DNA of 64,000 nt, taken from assembly GCF_000143415.4 (NCBI RefSeq), contig NW_003314295.1:1-64000 (forward strand). Direction: 5' to 3'. Position 1 is the stretch's first letter. Each line of letters starts with the position of its first letter. The translations under genes and the position numbers were made by a program. Below are positions 13,566 through 26,480 of this stretch, piece by piece. The DNA comes from Selaginella moellendorffii. Taxonomy: Eukaryota; Plantae; Lycopodiophyta. The notes under the pieces were generated by a model that was given only the letters and a program-made list of their open reading frames with translations, did not search any database and was not told the DNA's origin.

Positions 13566-16004
13566 ATGGCGATGGAGAAGGGCAAGAGAAAGGTGTGCGT
13601 TTCACTCTTTCTGTTTCTCGAGTGAGTGAGAGATTTCTGTAGAGACTGCGCACGCAAGAAACCACCCCGGAGGAGCAGCGAAGCCGGCATTCCAAGCACC
13701 GCCGCATCGACTCCTCCCAGGTATCTATCTATCGCTGCCGCAAATCTTCTTTGCTCACTTTGCTCAGCCAGGCCGGGGATCTCAAAGCCAAGCTCGAGAG
13801 CAAAGACGCGGACCTCAAAGAGGTCCACGCGCTCCGGGACGATGGCTACGGCCCTCTCCTGGCTGCGCCTTCCCTCAGCCCCGAGATCGAGAAGGCGCTC
13901 TGGAAAGCCCACCACGCCAAGATCACGGAGTTTCGCTCCCAGATGCAAAGAGCCGCCGAGAAGCAAAAGAGCGACCGCGTCGGCAAGAAGACGCTCAAGA
14001 ATGTGGTGGCGCCTTTGATCGACTTCATAGCCAGCAGCTCCAACTTCTACTCGGAGCTTGTTTCCAGGGTGAGAGTGAGGCATGGCCTCGGTGGGACCGT
14101 CTCGGATAGCTGTGACAAGAGCTTGGACGAGAGCGAGGCGAGAGAGTTCCGCGAGACTTGTCACCGGCTGCTACTGCGCCTCGGGGACTTGGCTCGCTAC
14201 AAGGAGGTGTATGGAGTGAGCCTTGGCAAGAGGAACTATTCCACCGCGGAGGACTACTACGTGCAAGCCTCGAGGCTTTGTCACTGTGAAGGTGGAGCGC
14301 ATGGACAGGTGCGAGGATCTCGATTGTTTTTCTGCTCGTTCTTTCGGTTCTAAGTGCTTGATCTCTAGCTGGCGATCCTGGCGACCCATGCGGGAGATAG
14401 AGTTCGTGCTGTGTATCACTATCTGAGGAGCTTGTTTGTGAAGATGCCGTCTCCAACGAGCCACAGCAACCTTCTCCTTCTTCTGGAGAGTAAGGTATCC
14501 ATTTATTGAGCACGATGAGAGAAGTTGATGGGGATTTTTTCAGTCGGACGCCATCGCTGAAGCCAGCCAAGGATCGTCCAACTTTGACAATCTCTTGAGG
14601 CTCTTCGAGATCTTACTCCTGAAAACTGGGTGAGTGCATTAGCTTGAGACACGCAAATGGTTTTGATACCCTTGCAGTTTCGACAATTTGCAGAAGGTGC
14701 TGGATGGCACTCTGAACGAACTCGAGCGATCGGTGGGAACTCCCTCTAAAGTTTGCGATCCAGCAGAGCCAACCATGGGAAAAGTTTTCCTGGGAATACA
14801 GATCGTGACGATACTAGCGTGCTCCATCGAAGACTTCCATCTCGGCCTCGTCTGTAAGACTTCTCCGCCAAGGAGCTCGCTGCATGAGACTCTGGCGTGC
14901 GCATTCAAAGTCGTGCGCACGCTGGCGGCGATCGGCGATCCAACCATGCTCCCGGCGCTCGTCATCTTCACAGCAGGGCTCGCAGGCAGCGAGGACACCG
15001 TGCGGGCCACCGCAGAGTCCGACGAGCTCAGGAGGAGCTTCCTGGATGCCTTGGAGCGGGCGGAGAGCTTCTTCCAGGCACTGAGTGTCTTCTCCGAGGA
15101 ATCCTTGTCAAGGCTCTCCATGAGCCAGGAGGAGCTCACGCAGGGAAGACGCGACGCTCTCTGGGAGGACCATGAGCTGCAAGGCTTTGTTCCTCTCGGC
15201 CGGTACCACGAGTCTCTGAACTTTGGCTTCCACTACCTGGCTTGCGACTCCAAGCAGCTCGACTGGAAACGTCTTCGAAGATTGGAGGCTTCCTTGCGAG
15301 CTCTCGCGGAGATGGCAGGCTTGTCCAAGGATACAACTTCCAGTCAAGCGGAAACGGTGTCCACAAGTCTGGGCTCGGTTCTGGACAGGCAGCTAGCCGA
15401 GCTCAAAGTTGATACGGGCTTGTCGAAGAACACTTCTTCTAGTCAAGCAGATGAAGAAGCAGCAACTATATCGACGAATCTCAGCTCAGCGCAGCTAGAC
15501 GATCTCAAGGTTGATATAGCAGACTTGTCAAAAGTTGGATTTCTCAACGAGGCCGAGGAAGCGGGATCCACCGAACTCGAAGAGCTTCCTGTCAAGTTCT
15601 CTCCTAGTCTGGAAGATTCATTCTTCGCAAAGCAGTTTCTAAAATCTGTAACTGGATCCACCGACTTAGTTCTTCTTGAACAAGCACCGGAGTTTCCTGA
15701 ATCACTCGAGGATGATCATGGCCAAGGCCTGAGGGATTTCGAGGACGACGTCATACCAGTAAGTTTTTTACTTGCTTGCTATACGTGCTTGGTAGAGTTT
15801 GATCGTCTTGGTGTCTTGGTGTCTAGTTTCCAGCAGGAGACGAAGGTGCCACGGACAATAGCAACGATGAGGATCTGCAAGACGATATTTATCTACCCTC
15901 GCAATCACAGGTACAATCAAGGAAAGTTTGAAATAAGTTTTGACGTTGTGTACATTTATCATGCAGGAAGATGCGTTGAACTGGAGATCGCTTAGCTCGT
16001 TTTG
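13566..16004 (+). CDS. SMG7/EST1-like TPR protein (NMD/telomerase-associated family), multi-exon
   Basis: ATG at 13566 follows an AAACCCTA telo-box. EST1-family motifs: LLLRLGDLARYKEVY, AEDYYVQA...G.AHGQ|LAILA...AVYHYLRSL, and LWEDHELQGFVPL. Short GT-AG introns. The 3' exon structure is approximate. Confidence 0.85.
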
Positions 16005-16212
16005 AGAAGATGTAAAACTAAGAGAAACAGACAACGTAGTTCAAAGGTCTTTTTTAACTTTTACTTCCACTTTGCCTTGTCAAATACTGAGCATAACAAT
16101 GTTAACTTTACATTTGTAATGTTGTTTTATTCTTTTAAATTATAGTACAAGCAAAATGGAGACGAAATGTATTTTATTTTCTATCAACTAAGAGTTTAGT
16201 ATTGGAAAAGAA

Positions 16213-17082
16213 ATGAATTTTTTTCTATATTTACTTTATGTTTTCTTCTTCCCTTTTCAAAATCTTGCTATAGATTTTGAGTATGACTATGGAATTGTGG
16301 ATGCACTTACTCTAAATAGTACACTATATATTCTAAGTCAAATTTCAGCTGCTATTATGAATATACCAAATGATAATTTAACAAGAGGTCAGCATATAAA
16401 TGTTTTAACAACTATTACCAATGGAGGAATTATTTACAATGTACAAGTTAGCTTATACTTATTTGATGAAAATACATGTACTATAAATCCGAATGGAGAA
16501 AATGAGAATGGATTTCATGCACGATATACACTTGCAACCCTTTTTACTCAAACATATGAATTATTAATAAGATTACGAGCATCATTTATTACAGTAGTTA
16601 CATATCTTTATGGGTTTGAGTATATGATAATCAATTATAGACATAATCAGGAGCAATTACTTGGATTTCATAACACACCTAGGTGCAATATCTATAAAAG
16701 TACAATGCATATCCCATATAAAAGTTTATTCTCTTCTGAGTTCTTAACATCCTCTAATGGAAAAGCAATTCTCTATTTGCATATAGATTGTAATTTGGTT
16801 TTATATGTTTATAATAATGTAAAATGGTTGACTGGCACTTCTAAGCAAGGAAGTAATTGTTATTTAAAAATACAATTTGATGGAAATATAGTGCTTTATT
16901 CGAGTGATAATAAAGCTGTATGGTCAGTGAATAAATACTGTAAACCACAACCTTATTGCCTTATGAGTACATTTTTAGTATTAAAAAATGACTGTAATTT
17001 AGTTTTATATAGAAATAGACAAAAACAATTTCATAAATATCCTTTATTGGAATTGCTATGGGAAACTAAAACTTCATGTTAG
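16213..17082 (+). CDS. Secreted protein: signal peptide, unknown ~140-aa domain, C-terminal bulb-type (GNA) mannose-binding lectin domain
   Basis: Intact intronless 289-aa ORF with a hydrophobic N-terminus. Three B-lectin subdomain motifs (HIDCNLVLY, QFDGNIVLY, KNDCNLVLY) with the following W residues. Confidence 0.75.
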   Translation: MNFFLYLLYVFFFPFQNLAIDFEYDYGIVDALTLNSTLYILSQISAAIMNIPNDNLTRGQHINVLTTITNGGIIYNVQVSLYLFDENTCTINPNGENENGFHARYTLATLFTQTYELLIRLRASFITVVTYLYGFEYMIINYRHNQEQLLGFHNTPRCNIYKSTMHIPYKSLFSSEFLTSSNGKAILYLHIDCNLVLYVYNNVKWLTGTSKQGSNCYLKIQFDGNIVLYSSDNKAVWSVNKYCKPQPYCLMSTFLVLKNDCNLVLYRNRQKQFHKYPLLELLWETKTSC

Positions 17083-18767
17083 TTTATAACTTAATTCTAA
17101 AGACGCTTAGTTTGCTTTGAATTTCCAATAAATACATTGCAGCTATTGTTTAATCTCAATTTAACATTCTTGCAAATGAACCATACATCCTAGTATCCTA
17201 GTTGAAATACATCCTAAATGTTTTTCCTTTGGCATGTTTTCAGGATATATCCATATTTCAAGATACTTATGACTTAGAGCTTGGAGTCATGATGGTTAAA
17301 CGTCACTAAATCACCACTAATATGTCCTAATATTTAACAATGTTAGAACTGGAATATTTTCCTTAATCAGCCACTTGAACTAATGCAACCTCTTGACTTT
17401 GACAATAGTAGGCAGAAATGGTTTCAAAACTAACCACACATGCATCAGGGTTCTGTCAATAGCAATGTGAAACTTTTATAGTAACACATGCCTATATAGT
17501 AAGTTCTAACTCATGAATAAGTTTTTATGTTTAAAATTACAACCTTCTTTGGAGATCTAACCAAAGCAGCCAAATAATAAAGAAGATCAATAAGAACTCC
17601 ATGGGACCATTCCTTTGGTCTTGAAATAAGAGAGCTTGGTGAAGAAATCGGATGGTTTTAATCATAGGTGCAGCATCTTGCTTAATGAGCAGGACGGAGG
17701 AGTGGTACCATTTCCGGTGGTGGCTGCTTCCACTGCCACCACCACACTGCAGCTCAAGATGAACAAGGGTATACTGTGGCTTGGGTAGTGCGATATAAAT
17801 CATATGAGGTGGGATTTTCAGTTTAAATGAACTCTTAACTCTTAACAAGTGAAGCAGACACGTCAATAATAGAATAAACTCTTTCAAATGTGTTAGTAAG
17901 CCGTTATGCTGGAATTCTGGAAGATGCTATATTTATGCTACACTCCAGTTCCTTTCTAGGAGGAATCTAGGGCTTCCCTCACGTGCTCACAAAAAAGAGA
18001 GTTGTCAGTCTAGAGGACAAGATAAACACCTTTGGGCCACTTCCAACTTATCATCCTCACTTTAAAAATTCCTAGGACTTAAGAAGAAAAAATCAATTTT
18101 TGAGGACTTAAGTTACAAGTCTTGTGTAAGTAAATCCTTAGCAATTGTTTTGCTTCGAAATTTAGAGATCATAATTTTCTCCTTCTAGTATGAAGTGTAT
18201 GATAAATAAGTTGTTCTATTGTCTTGCCTAAATGTCCATTTCTTAAAAGCTCTAAGCAAAGCAAGCTCAGGCAAACAGTTTATATTAGATTAAAGAATAT
18301 TCTAGGATATACTTGGATATTTTTGGAATATCCACTATAGCCTATGTCATCGAGTAACATCTGCAAGACAAACTTAGCACCATGACTTTTATTTGCAACC
18401 ACTTCACGATACAATAAGGTGCTCTATGGAATGCAAGAGGCAGCAAGAGTTTTTGAGAAGTTGCTATGGCAGAAGCACCAACTTTGATAAAATTGTGACA
18501 AAAAACTTTAAGGGTTTCTTAGTATAGTGGCTCTTAATTTAATGTTAGATAAAGTGCCACCATATTTACCTCATATGGTATTGGCAATACTCTGATATTA
18601 AATCCATTTGTCAAGTACTTCACCAGCTTATCAGGCCGATGAGAGGTCAAACTAGCCCTCCACAAGTAGAAGTTAGCACCACCACCAAGCTTGGAGGCAA
18701 GTGATCCGACCAAACAACAGAGGTTATTAAAGCATTTAAGATATTTATTTAAAATAAATGCTTAGGA

Positions 18768-20408
18768 TTAAACTTTAATCCATGGTTCTGGGACAAATGG
18801 CATTACATCAATTAGATATTCTGCAAGGTCCAAATACCCTGCTCTGCCAAAAACGTCAACCATGCAACTGTAATGTCGTATTATTCTCTTTAGACCATAG
18901 TCATTGGTAACAGAACAAAAATTAGAGCAAGCATCCATTACATTTCCTAAGTGGTTGCACACAAGCAAAATAGAAACAAAAGATATCTCATCAGGCATTT
19001 CAACCAAGCTCAACTCATTTAAAAGTCTTACAGCTCTTAAACCCTTACTTCCATTCAGCAATGAATTCCAAGATGCCACATTTGTCTCAGGCATTTGAGC
19101 AAAGAGCCTTTGTGCCTTTCCAGGTACCCCATTAAGAACGTATCCAGATAGCATAGTGTTCCATGATATGATATCTCGCTGCCTCATTCCATGGAACACT
19201 TGCTCCGCGATGTGCATATGCCCTGCTTGAGCATATGCAGAAACCATGATGTTACACGAGACTAGATCGTTTTCTTGCATTGAATCAAAGAGTATTTTTA
19301 CTTCATCTGTTCTATGGCAGACCAAAAGCGCGTGAAGCATGGTGTTAAAGGAAAAAATGTTCCATTCTGGCATCTGGTTAAAGACACAAACGAGTTCCTC
19401 GACTTTCCCAGTTTGGGCATAAGCATCAAGAAGAACATTCGTGGAGATAATATCGTGTTGTTCCATAGCTTGGAAGAAGCGCCTTAATTCTACTAGATTT
19501 CCATTCCGAGAGAGACCGGAGAGCATCACGGTCGAGCAAACCAGATCCAAATCCTTCATTCTACTAAACAGTTCCATTGCCTCATCCACTTGACCTCTAG
19601 AAACAAACGCAGCAAGCAGTGTGGTGCTAGAGACGATGCTCCTTTCGGGCATTTTTTCGTAGAGGATCCTGGCCTCCTCAGCATGCCCGCACAGGGAGTA
19701 AATCGCTAGCATCGAATTGCAAGACACAAGATTGTGCTCTTTCATACCCCGAAAAAACAAATCTTTGGCCTCCTCGAGATTTTCTCTTGCGTCTGAACCA
19801 TAAGCAGACAGCATTGCGTTGCAACAGGCAAGATTCCACTCGTGCATGGAGCAGTAAAACACATGCCTAGCTTTTGCAAAACGCCCACTTTGGGCATACG
19901 CTGTAAGCATGGAGCTCCACACAACAATATCTCTCTCTGGCATGTTTAGGAACAATTGTTCAGCTGAAACTAGATCAAAATCTTGACAAAACGCCTTTAG
20001 TATTGTGGATAAGGTAACCAAGTCTCTCTCCTTCATTAAACTAAGAAGTGCTTTTGCTCTTTCAACTTGCCCATCTTGGGCATATGCCAAAAGAAGAGTA
20101 TTCCAAGAAACCAGATCCCATTCTGGCATATTGTGAAACAAATATTGTGCTTCGTGCATTCTATTTGCTTTTGCAAAGAATGAAAGGAGCGCGCGGTAAG
20201 CCACCGTGCTGTGCTGGGGCATTCCATCAAATAACCGCTTCGCCTCCTCCAGATGCCCATTCTGGGCATAAGCCGTGAGGAGCAAAACCCACGAATACAA
20301 GTTCCTCTTCTCTCCGAGCGCAGAGAAGACACTCCGCGCGCGGACGACGTCGCCAGCCTTGCCGTAAGACTGAATCAAGCGGTTTGTCGCGAGCAAATCG
20401 GAAGGCAT
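18768..20408 (-). CDS. PLS-class PPR protein, ending early in the E domain
   Basis: 546-aa intronless ORF of ~31-aa repeats (F..MPE.D.VSWN.LL.AYAQ.G). It ends HYSCMVDVFGRAG...MPFVPEPWIKV*. Confidence 0.9.
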   Translation of the reverse strand: MPSDLLATNRLIQSYGKAGDVVRARSVFSALGEKRNLYSWVLLLTAYAQNGHLEEAKRLFDGMPQHSTVAYRALLSFFAKANRMHEAQYLFHNMPEWDLVSWNTLLLAYAQDGQVERAKALLSLMKERDLVTLSTILKAFCQDFDLVSAEQLFLNMPERDIVVWSSMLTAYAQSGRFAKARHVFYCSMHEWNLACCNAMLSAYGSDARENLEEAKDLFFRGMKEHNLVSCNSMLAIYSLCGHAEEARILYEKMPERSIVSSTTLLAAFVSRGQVDEAMELFSRMKDLDLVCSTVMLSGLSRNGNLVELRRFFQAMEQHDIISTNVLLDAYAQTGKVEELVCVFNQMPEWNIFSFNTMLHALLVCHRTDEVKILFDSMQENDLVSCNIMVSAYAQAGHMHIAEQVFHGMRQRDIISWNTMLSGYVLNGVPGKAQRLFAQMPETNVASWNSLLNGSKGLRAVRLLNELSLVEMPDEISFVSILLVCNHLGNVMDACSNFCSVTNDYGLKRIIRHYSCMVDVFGRAGYLDLAEYLIDVMPFVPEPWIKV

Positions 20409-20634
20409 TAATCACAGCCGTCCGATGTCCGCGGGAAAGGTTTGACTTTGAAATTTGAAGTTTAGGGCAGCGGTGGAAGCCCCATCCTGTGGTTCCTTTT
20501 GCGCGGAAAAACATGACATCAAATGCAAATACGCAACTTTACTGACGCTATTTGTAGAACGCTCTCTCCAATTAATTTCCCTTAGACTTTTTAGGCGAGG
20601 AAGAAGGAGCGATCGATCGATCTATCCATTGGCG

Positions 20635-22133
20635 ATGGCGGTGACGAAGAAGAGCGTGGGCGATCTCACGGCAGCCGATGTGAAGGGCAAGCGCGTGTTC
20701 TTGCGCGCCGATCTCAATGTCCCCCTCGACGCCGAGTTCAACATCACGGATGATACGCGGTTGCGAGCTTCGGTGCCGACGATCCAGCACCTCCGCCGCC
20801 TTGGAGCCAAGATCATCCTTGCAAGCCACCTGGTAAGCTCGATCGATCGATCAATCCCTTCCTATCTCTGGCGTTTTTCTTTCTTTCCAGGGGCGACCCA
20901 AGGGATACACCAAGAGCTGCTGCCTCGCCCCTCTCGTTGGACGCCTCTCAGAGCTTCTCGGGGTCAAGGTAGAAATTTAGGGTTCTTCGTTCTCTACAAA
21001 GTCTCTATTGACTCGCGATAGGTTGACCGCGCCGATGACTCGGTGGGCGCGGAGGTGGAGGCGAAGATCGCGGCGCTCGACGATGGCGGCGTGCTGCTGC
21101 TCGAGAATCTGCGCTTCCATCCCGAGGAGGAGAAGAACGATGCGGAGCACGCCCGGAAGCTGGGAGCGCTGGCCGATTTGTATGTCAACGACGCGTTTGG
21201 CACCGCGCACAGGGCTCACGCGTCCACGGAAGGGATCACCAAGTACTTGAAGCCTTCTGTGGCTGGATTTCTCATGCAAAAGGTAAGAGTTTGATTCTTT
21301 CTTTGCGAGCTCTTCGCTAAGTTTTGCTTTCTTCGATCGTTTCATTTGCCAGGAACTCGACTACTTGGTCGGGGCGATCTCGAATCCAAAGCGGCCCTTT
21401 GCTGCGATCGTGGGTGGCTCCAAAGTCTCGTCCAAGATCGGAGTTTTAGAGTCGCTGCTCGAGAAGTGCGACGTTTTGCTGCTGGGAGGAGGTATGATCT
21501 TCACCTTCTTCAAAGCCCAGGGCCTTTCCGTGGGCTCGTCGCTCGTCGAGGAGGACAAGCTCATCCTCGCGACCAAGCTCATGGAGAAAGCCAAGCTCAA
21601 GGGTGTCACTCTGCTGCTTCCGACCGACGTGGTCGTGGCCGATAAGTTTGCACCAGATGCCAGCAGCAAGGTACGCTCAAGAACACTTGGATTTCGTCTC
21701 TACGATCTGGTTTTTGCTGGCTAGATTGTGTCTGCTTCGGCAATTCCCGATGGATGGATGGGCCTTGATATCGGACCAGACTCCATCAAGGCGTTTAGCG
21801 AGGCTTTGGACTCCACAAACACGATCATCTGGAATGGTCCCATGGGAGTGTTCGAGTTTAAGAACTTCGCGGTTGGCACCGAGGTACGCAAGCTTTTCCA
21901 CTCACGTAGGACGCTCATGGTCGAACGGTTTGGCACAGGCCATCGCTGCAAAGCTCGCGGAGTTGAGCGACAAGGGGGTGACAACGATCATCGGCGGCGG
22001 GGACTCCGTGGCGGCGGTGGAGAAAGCGGGCGTGGCGGATCAAATGAGCCACATATCGACCGGAGGTGGCGCGAGCTTGGAGCTGCTCGAAGGGAGGATA
22101 CTTCCCGGCGTGGCTGCGCTGGACGATGCGTGA
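20635..22133 (+). CDS. PGK: Phosphoglycerate kinase, cytosolic type, 6 exons
   Basis: Exons 20635-20832, 20891-20968, 21022-21282, 21353-21670, 21725-21883, 21939-22133. Motifs [35 protein letters not shown] and [13 protein letters not shown]. No transit peptide. Confidence 0.97.
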
Positions 22134-22617
22134 GATATTTCAGTGGAAATCATTCTTTGTCTTGTTCTCTCCGGTTTTGGTGAAGAACTTGTCAAGAACT
22201 TGATGAGCGTTTGTCAATCTCGAAGAAGGGAAGCAACATTCTCTCGAAAGAAGCACTGTAGTACTACGCACGCAGATTTTCTCGAAGGTCAATGCTCTCA
22301 AAAAGAGGAAGAGAGAGAGAGTAAATGTCATGGACAAGCAATGCAAGTAAAACAATTATAGGGTTTTGGGCTCCCCCATTGGCTGTGGCGTCGGCGTTGC
22401 GGGGCGGGCATGGATCGATCGACCGGAACGAGGTATCAATCCGTGGCGCCATGGAGAATTCGCTCGCGGCGGCTCGTGGACGAGCATGGATCGGCCATAG
22501 CAATTGACTGATTGATTGGAAGCTTGCTGGGCAACGAGACGCATTAGTTTTGGTTGTTGCTTTTAGGACGAGGAGAATGGATGGGCGGCGGTGTGTCACA
22601 GTCAAGTGATTAGAGTG

Positions 22618-24431
22618 ATGGAGATTCCCGGAGAGAACGCGACTTGGACGCTGCTGTCCGACGAGGAAGAAGGCGGGCAGCAAAATCAGCCACAGCAGCA
22701 GCAGCAGCAACAGCAGCATCTCTACGCGCCGGATTTGCCTCCGCTGGGCCAGGATGCTTTCATCGATCAGGCGTTCCATCAAGCTATGGTTGCTGGTTTC
22801 GATGATTCTCCTCCCGCGGGCCTCCAAGAGTTTCCGCCGCAGCAATTCCAACCACAGGCCGACCAGCCGGGGTAACTCTATCGCTCTTACATTTCCTGGA
22901 GATTTCGTCGTTTGCTTGATCCTGGAGTGATGCGAATTCTTCGTTCCTTTTTTTTTTTTTTTTCTTGACGAATGCGCGAACGTTGTCTTTTGTTTTTGTG
23001 GTTTTCTTCCATTCGCGATGCCTTTGTTTGATTGATCCACGCTGAATTCTTGCAAACGTTTTCCTTTGGTTTGTGGTTCTCTTCCATGCACCATGCCTTC
23101 CTTAGGTTGATCCACGTTTGCTAAATTCTTGCAAACGTTTTCCTTTTCTTTGTGGCTGTAGTTTTTTGTTCTTCCTCGTTCCTCTTCTCGCATCTGATAC
23201 TAGTTTTCAATCTTTCCAGGCTAAGGTGTGGATCCGCTGCAAACGATGCGGGTGACCTTGCATCCGTGAGGAGAGTCCACAAGGCGGACAGGGAGAAGTT
23301 GCGAAGGGACAAGCTCAACGAGCAATTTACCGAGCTCGCCAGTGCATTAGGTGCCGTATCTCGACTCTCGTCTTTCACCATCTTATTTCGTCTCTTCCTT
23401 GGTTGCTCCAGATCCAGACAGGCCTAAAAATGACAAAGCAACAATTTTGAGCGATAGTGTTCAGGAACTAAACGAGCTACGAGCCGTGGTGAAGCGGCTA
23501 AAGAAAGAGCATGCAGCACTTTTGGATGAATCCCGCGACGTAAGTTTTTCTCTTTTCCTGGTTCAAGTTGTCGACGGACCGGCTTGTTTCTATTTCAGCT
23601 GTCACAGGAGAAGAGCGAGCTAAGAGAAGAGAAAGCTTTTCTCAAGTCCGAGACGGACCAACTCAACTCGCAACTCCAACAGAGACTCCGGCTCGCGCTG
23701 TCGTGGCCGGTGGATCCCTCTCTCATGCTCGGTGCGTCCGCATTTCCATATCCTCTCCCAGTCCCAGCAGCACCCGCTGCTGCTGGTCCTCCTCCTCTCG
23801 TCCCTTCGTCTCCATCACCAGCAGCTCCTCCATCCTCTCAGCCACAACAGCAGCAGCAGCAACAGCAGCCTCAAGCACCACCAACACAAGGCTCGCAAAT
23901 TCCACCACCGCCAATTCCTTTCCTTCCTCCCGGTTTGCCTCTTCCGCCACCTTACGGCATTCATCCTTACGCAATGTTTGCAAACAGGCCGCCAGCCGCT
24001 GGTTACTTCCCATACTTTTCTCCTCCTAGCTCCACCGTGGAGAGGCCGTTTGCTCAGTACGCAACTCCAGGAATGCATCCCTTCCGAGGCTACACTGGTC
24101 AGGATGGAGCCCCTGCGTTCTTCCCACCGTCTCTAGCAGCCGAAGCTCCTTACAAGCCACTCCAAGTAGCTCCGAAAGCAACCAGGGAGGACAATGCCGA
24201 GCCAGGGCCAGAATCCCAGCAGCAATCTTCCGGGTCAAGTCCGCCACCCCAAGTATGTATCAATCTTGTTTCTTCTCGTTTTGGAATCTAAGAACACGGT
24301 TTATGCAGGTGGAAGCTTCATCACCTTCTTCCGTGGAAGTAAAACAGGAGGTGCAAGTAGTACAACCACTAGTGAAAAGCTTGAGTCCCACGATTCTCGA
24401 TGGATCTAGTGATTCCAACTGTGTTGCATGA
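22618..24431 (+). CDS. bHLH-ZIP transcription factor, subgroup IVb-like (bHLH121/bHLH11 type)
   Basis: HKADREKLRRDKLNEQF.ELASAL|DPDRPKNDKATIL...LSQEKSELREEKAFLKSE. PolyQ and Pro-rich tracts. Last exon 24309-24431. Confidence 0.9.
22978..23157. repeat. Intronic ~75-bp tandem repeat (~2.3 copies)
   Basis: Unit AAACGTT...TGTGGTT..CTTCCAT...ATGCC...TTGATCCACG...AATTCTTGC. Confidence 0.75.
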
Positions 24432-25489
24432 TTAATCAAGTGGTAAAAGCCATTGAGCATCCTGAATTGGGTAAATGAATCCCACTTACAAGAGGCATGG
24501 TCTTACACAGACCTGAAGGGAATACCACTTGGCATATGCACACATTGCATAGAAATCCTGCCTGAAATCCTGGTGCAAGAGGCAATCGGCATAGTGAATC
24601 CATCCAAACTTCCAAGTGACATTTGTATATGAACTTTTTCTCTTCTTGTGCTCATTTTCTTCCCAATCAAATAGAAATCCTGGCTTAAGGATATTGATCA
24701 TGATTGCCTCATTCTGGAAAAGAAATAAAAGTTACCCCTTAATAAAGAGCTTTGCAAATTTCATGGATGTCCCACAACCCAAGCAAGTATAACAATCAAC
24801 TACATAGAACTTATACAATGCAATGGAAATTTTAAAAACAATACAGTAGGAAGTAAGGTGCATCCAAAAAGCTGGATAAATATATAGATTATATTGGTTT
24901 ATATAGTGGTTTCTAACATGTAAAAGAACCAGATTCTTAACATTTCTACACCACAAGTAGAACCTTTTGAGAGTTATGTGAGAATGTTGTAATCAACAAT
25001 GTGGAATTAAATTTACTATAGGCTGGATAATTGTATTTTTATTGCTCTAACATCATGAGGGTTGTTTTGGATCTTCCAAGCAGTCAAGGGTGGCAGAAGC
25101 ATAGAGGAGCAAGTCGTTAGCATTGCAAAAACCATCTAATATAGATACTTACAAAAATCAACATTGGTAATCAGAAAAATAATTTTCATTAGTTTATATT
25201 TATTGTTTTAAAGCTGATTTTCTTGAAGTTCATGAAACGAACAATAAAACCAACTTAAAAACCATATAAAAACCACTAAGAAGTGTTATAAAAAAGAGGG
25301 TCAAGACATGGGAGAAGGTCTACAATATGCTTTGACAAAGAGCAATTGAAGTGAAAAGCTTTTTACTCAAAGTGACACTAAAAGTGTTAGCATTGAAAAG
25401 TTTTACATATAAAAAATGATTATTTAGTTTTCTTCACTTACCTTTCATTAGGGTAGCTACAATGGTGGAGCACTTAGAGTGGGTTTAAA

Positions 25490-26480
25490 ACCCTCTATAT
25501 GAAAGCACACTTTAGGCTTTTACCCTAGTCTTAAGAATTAGTCTTTAGTATAAGCTTGAAAATTTACTAAATATGGAATGGCATTGGTGTTAAGGACATT
25601 CTTTACATTTTGTAGATATGCACTGATAAATCTAAGTATATATTATATTTAGTATATAGAACTAAAATAAGACCAACATTTGAGGCATGTGTCTGGTGTA
25701 TATAATAAGTTATTATATAGCAATATTGAGGGATTAGACTCAATATTGTAGAGGTTGTTAACACTAGTAAGTGTAAGCCAACAATATAAATTTCTCATCA
25801 CTGTATTAAGTATGCTTGACTTAATGACAACTTAGGATTTCCTTAGTGCCTGTTCAATTTAAGTGCACATGTGCTAACTAGTTTCTCAACTAACTTAACC
25901 AAAGACGAACAAAGGGAATTAATAATATTGACCTTTTACTATCATGGCAATAAGGAAATAATGTTTTTAAGGACTAATTGACAAATATGTTTTAATACCC
26001 AAAGTCATATTTGTGACACTTCCTTCCCCCCTGAAGTCATATTTATAACACTTCCTTCTTTTGTACTAATGTTTTGTATTTATTATTTCCATAATTGGAA
26101 TGAAGTGTGCAATCTTTGACAACCAATCCACAACCACCATTAAAGTGTTATAACCTTTTGACTTTGGGAAACAAATGACAAAGTCAAGTGTAACACTTTA
26201 AAATGGCTATACTGGTGTTGGAATGCATTAAAACTTCTCAATTTGCTTCTCAATTCTTCAATTACATTGCTAGTAGGTAGGGCAAGAATGATCTACTACT
26301 AAACTAAAAAAGTCCCTTTTTTACTGAGGCAAGAGCCTTTTGTGTACCACCATGTCCCATTACCAGAATATCATGATGTTCCCATATAAACAATTATCAC
26401 AAATCCTTAGATGAAAGATAAAATCTTTCTTACTTATGTAAATAAGTTTATCTTTAACTAAGAAGTGAAGCCTCACATTG
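25490..26480 (-). mobile_element. Old degenerate copy of the same Gypsy family (LTR end, PPT, integrase fragment)
   Basis: 25560-26018 parallels 3980-4483. It is followed by a PPT and then sequence matching integrase 6045-6430. Confidence 0.8.

Noticed and set aside
17400-18720. Possible gene fragments downstream of the truncated PPR
   Set aside because: No motif or consistent exon chain could be recognised.
22264-23193. 309-aa minus-strand ORF opposite the bHLH
   Set aside because: Low-complexity translation of intron repeats and the CAG tract, with no recognisable domain.
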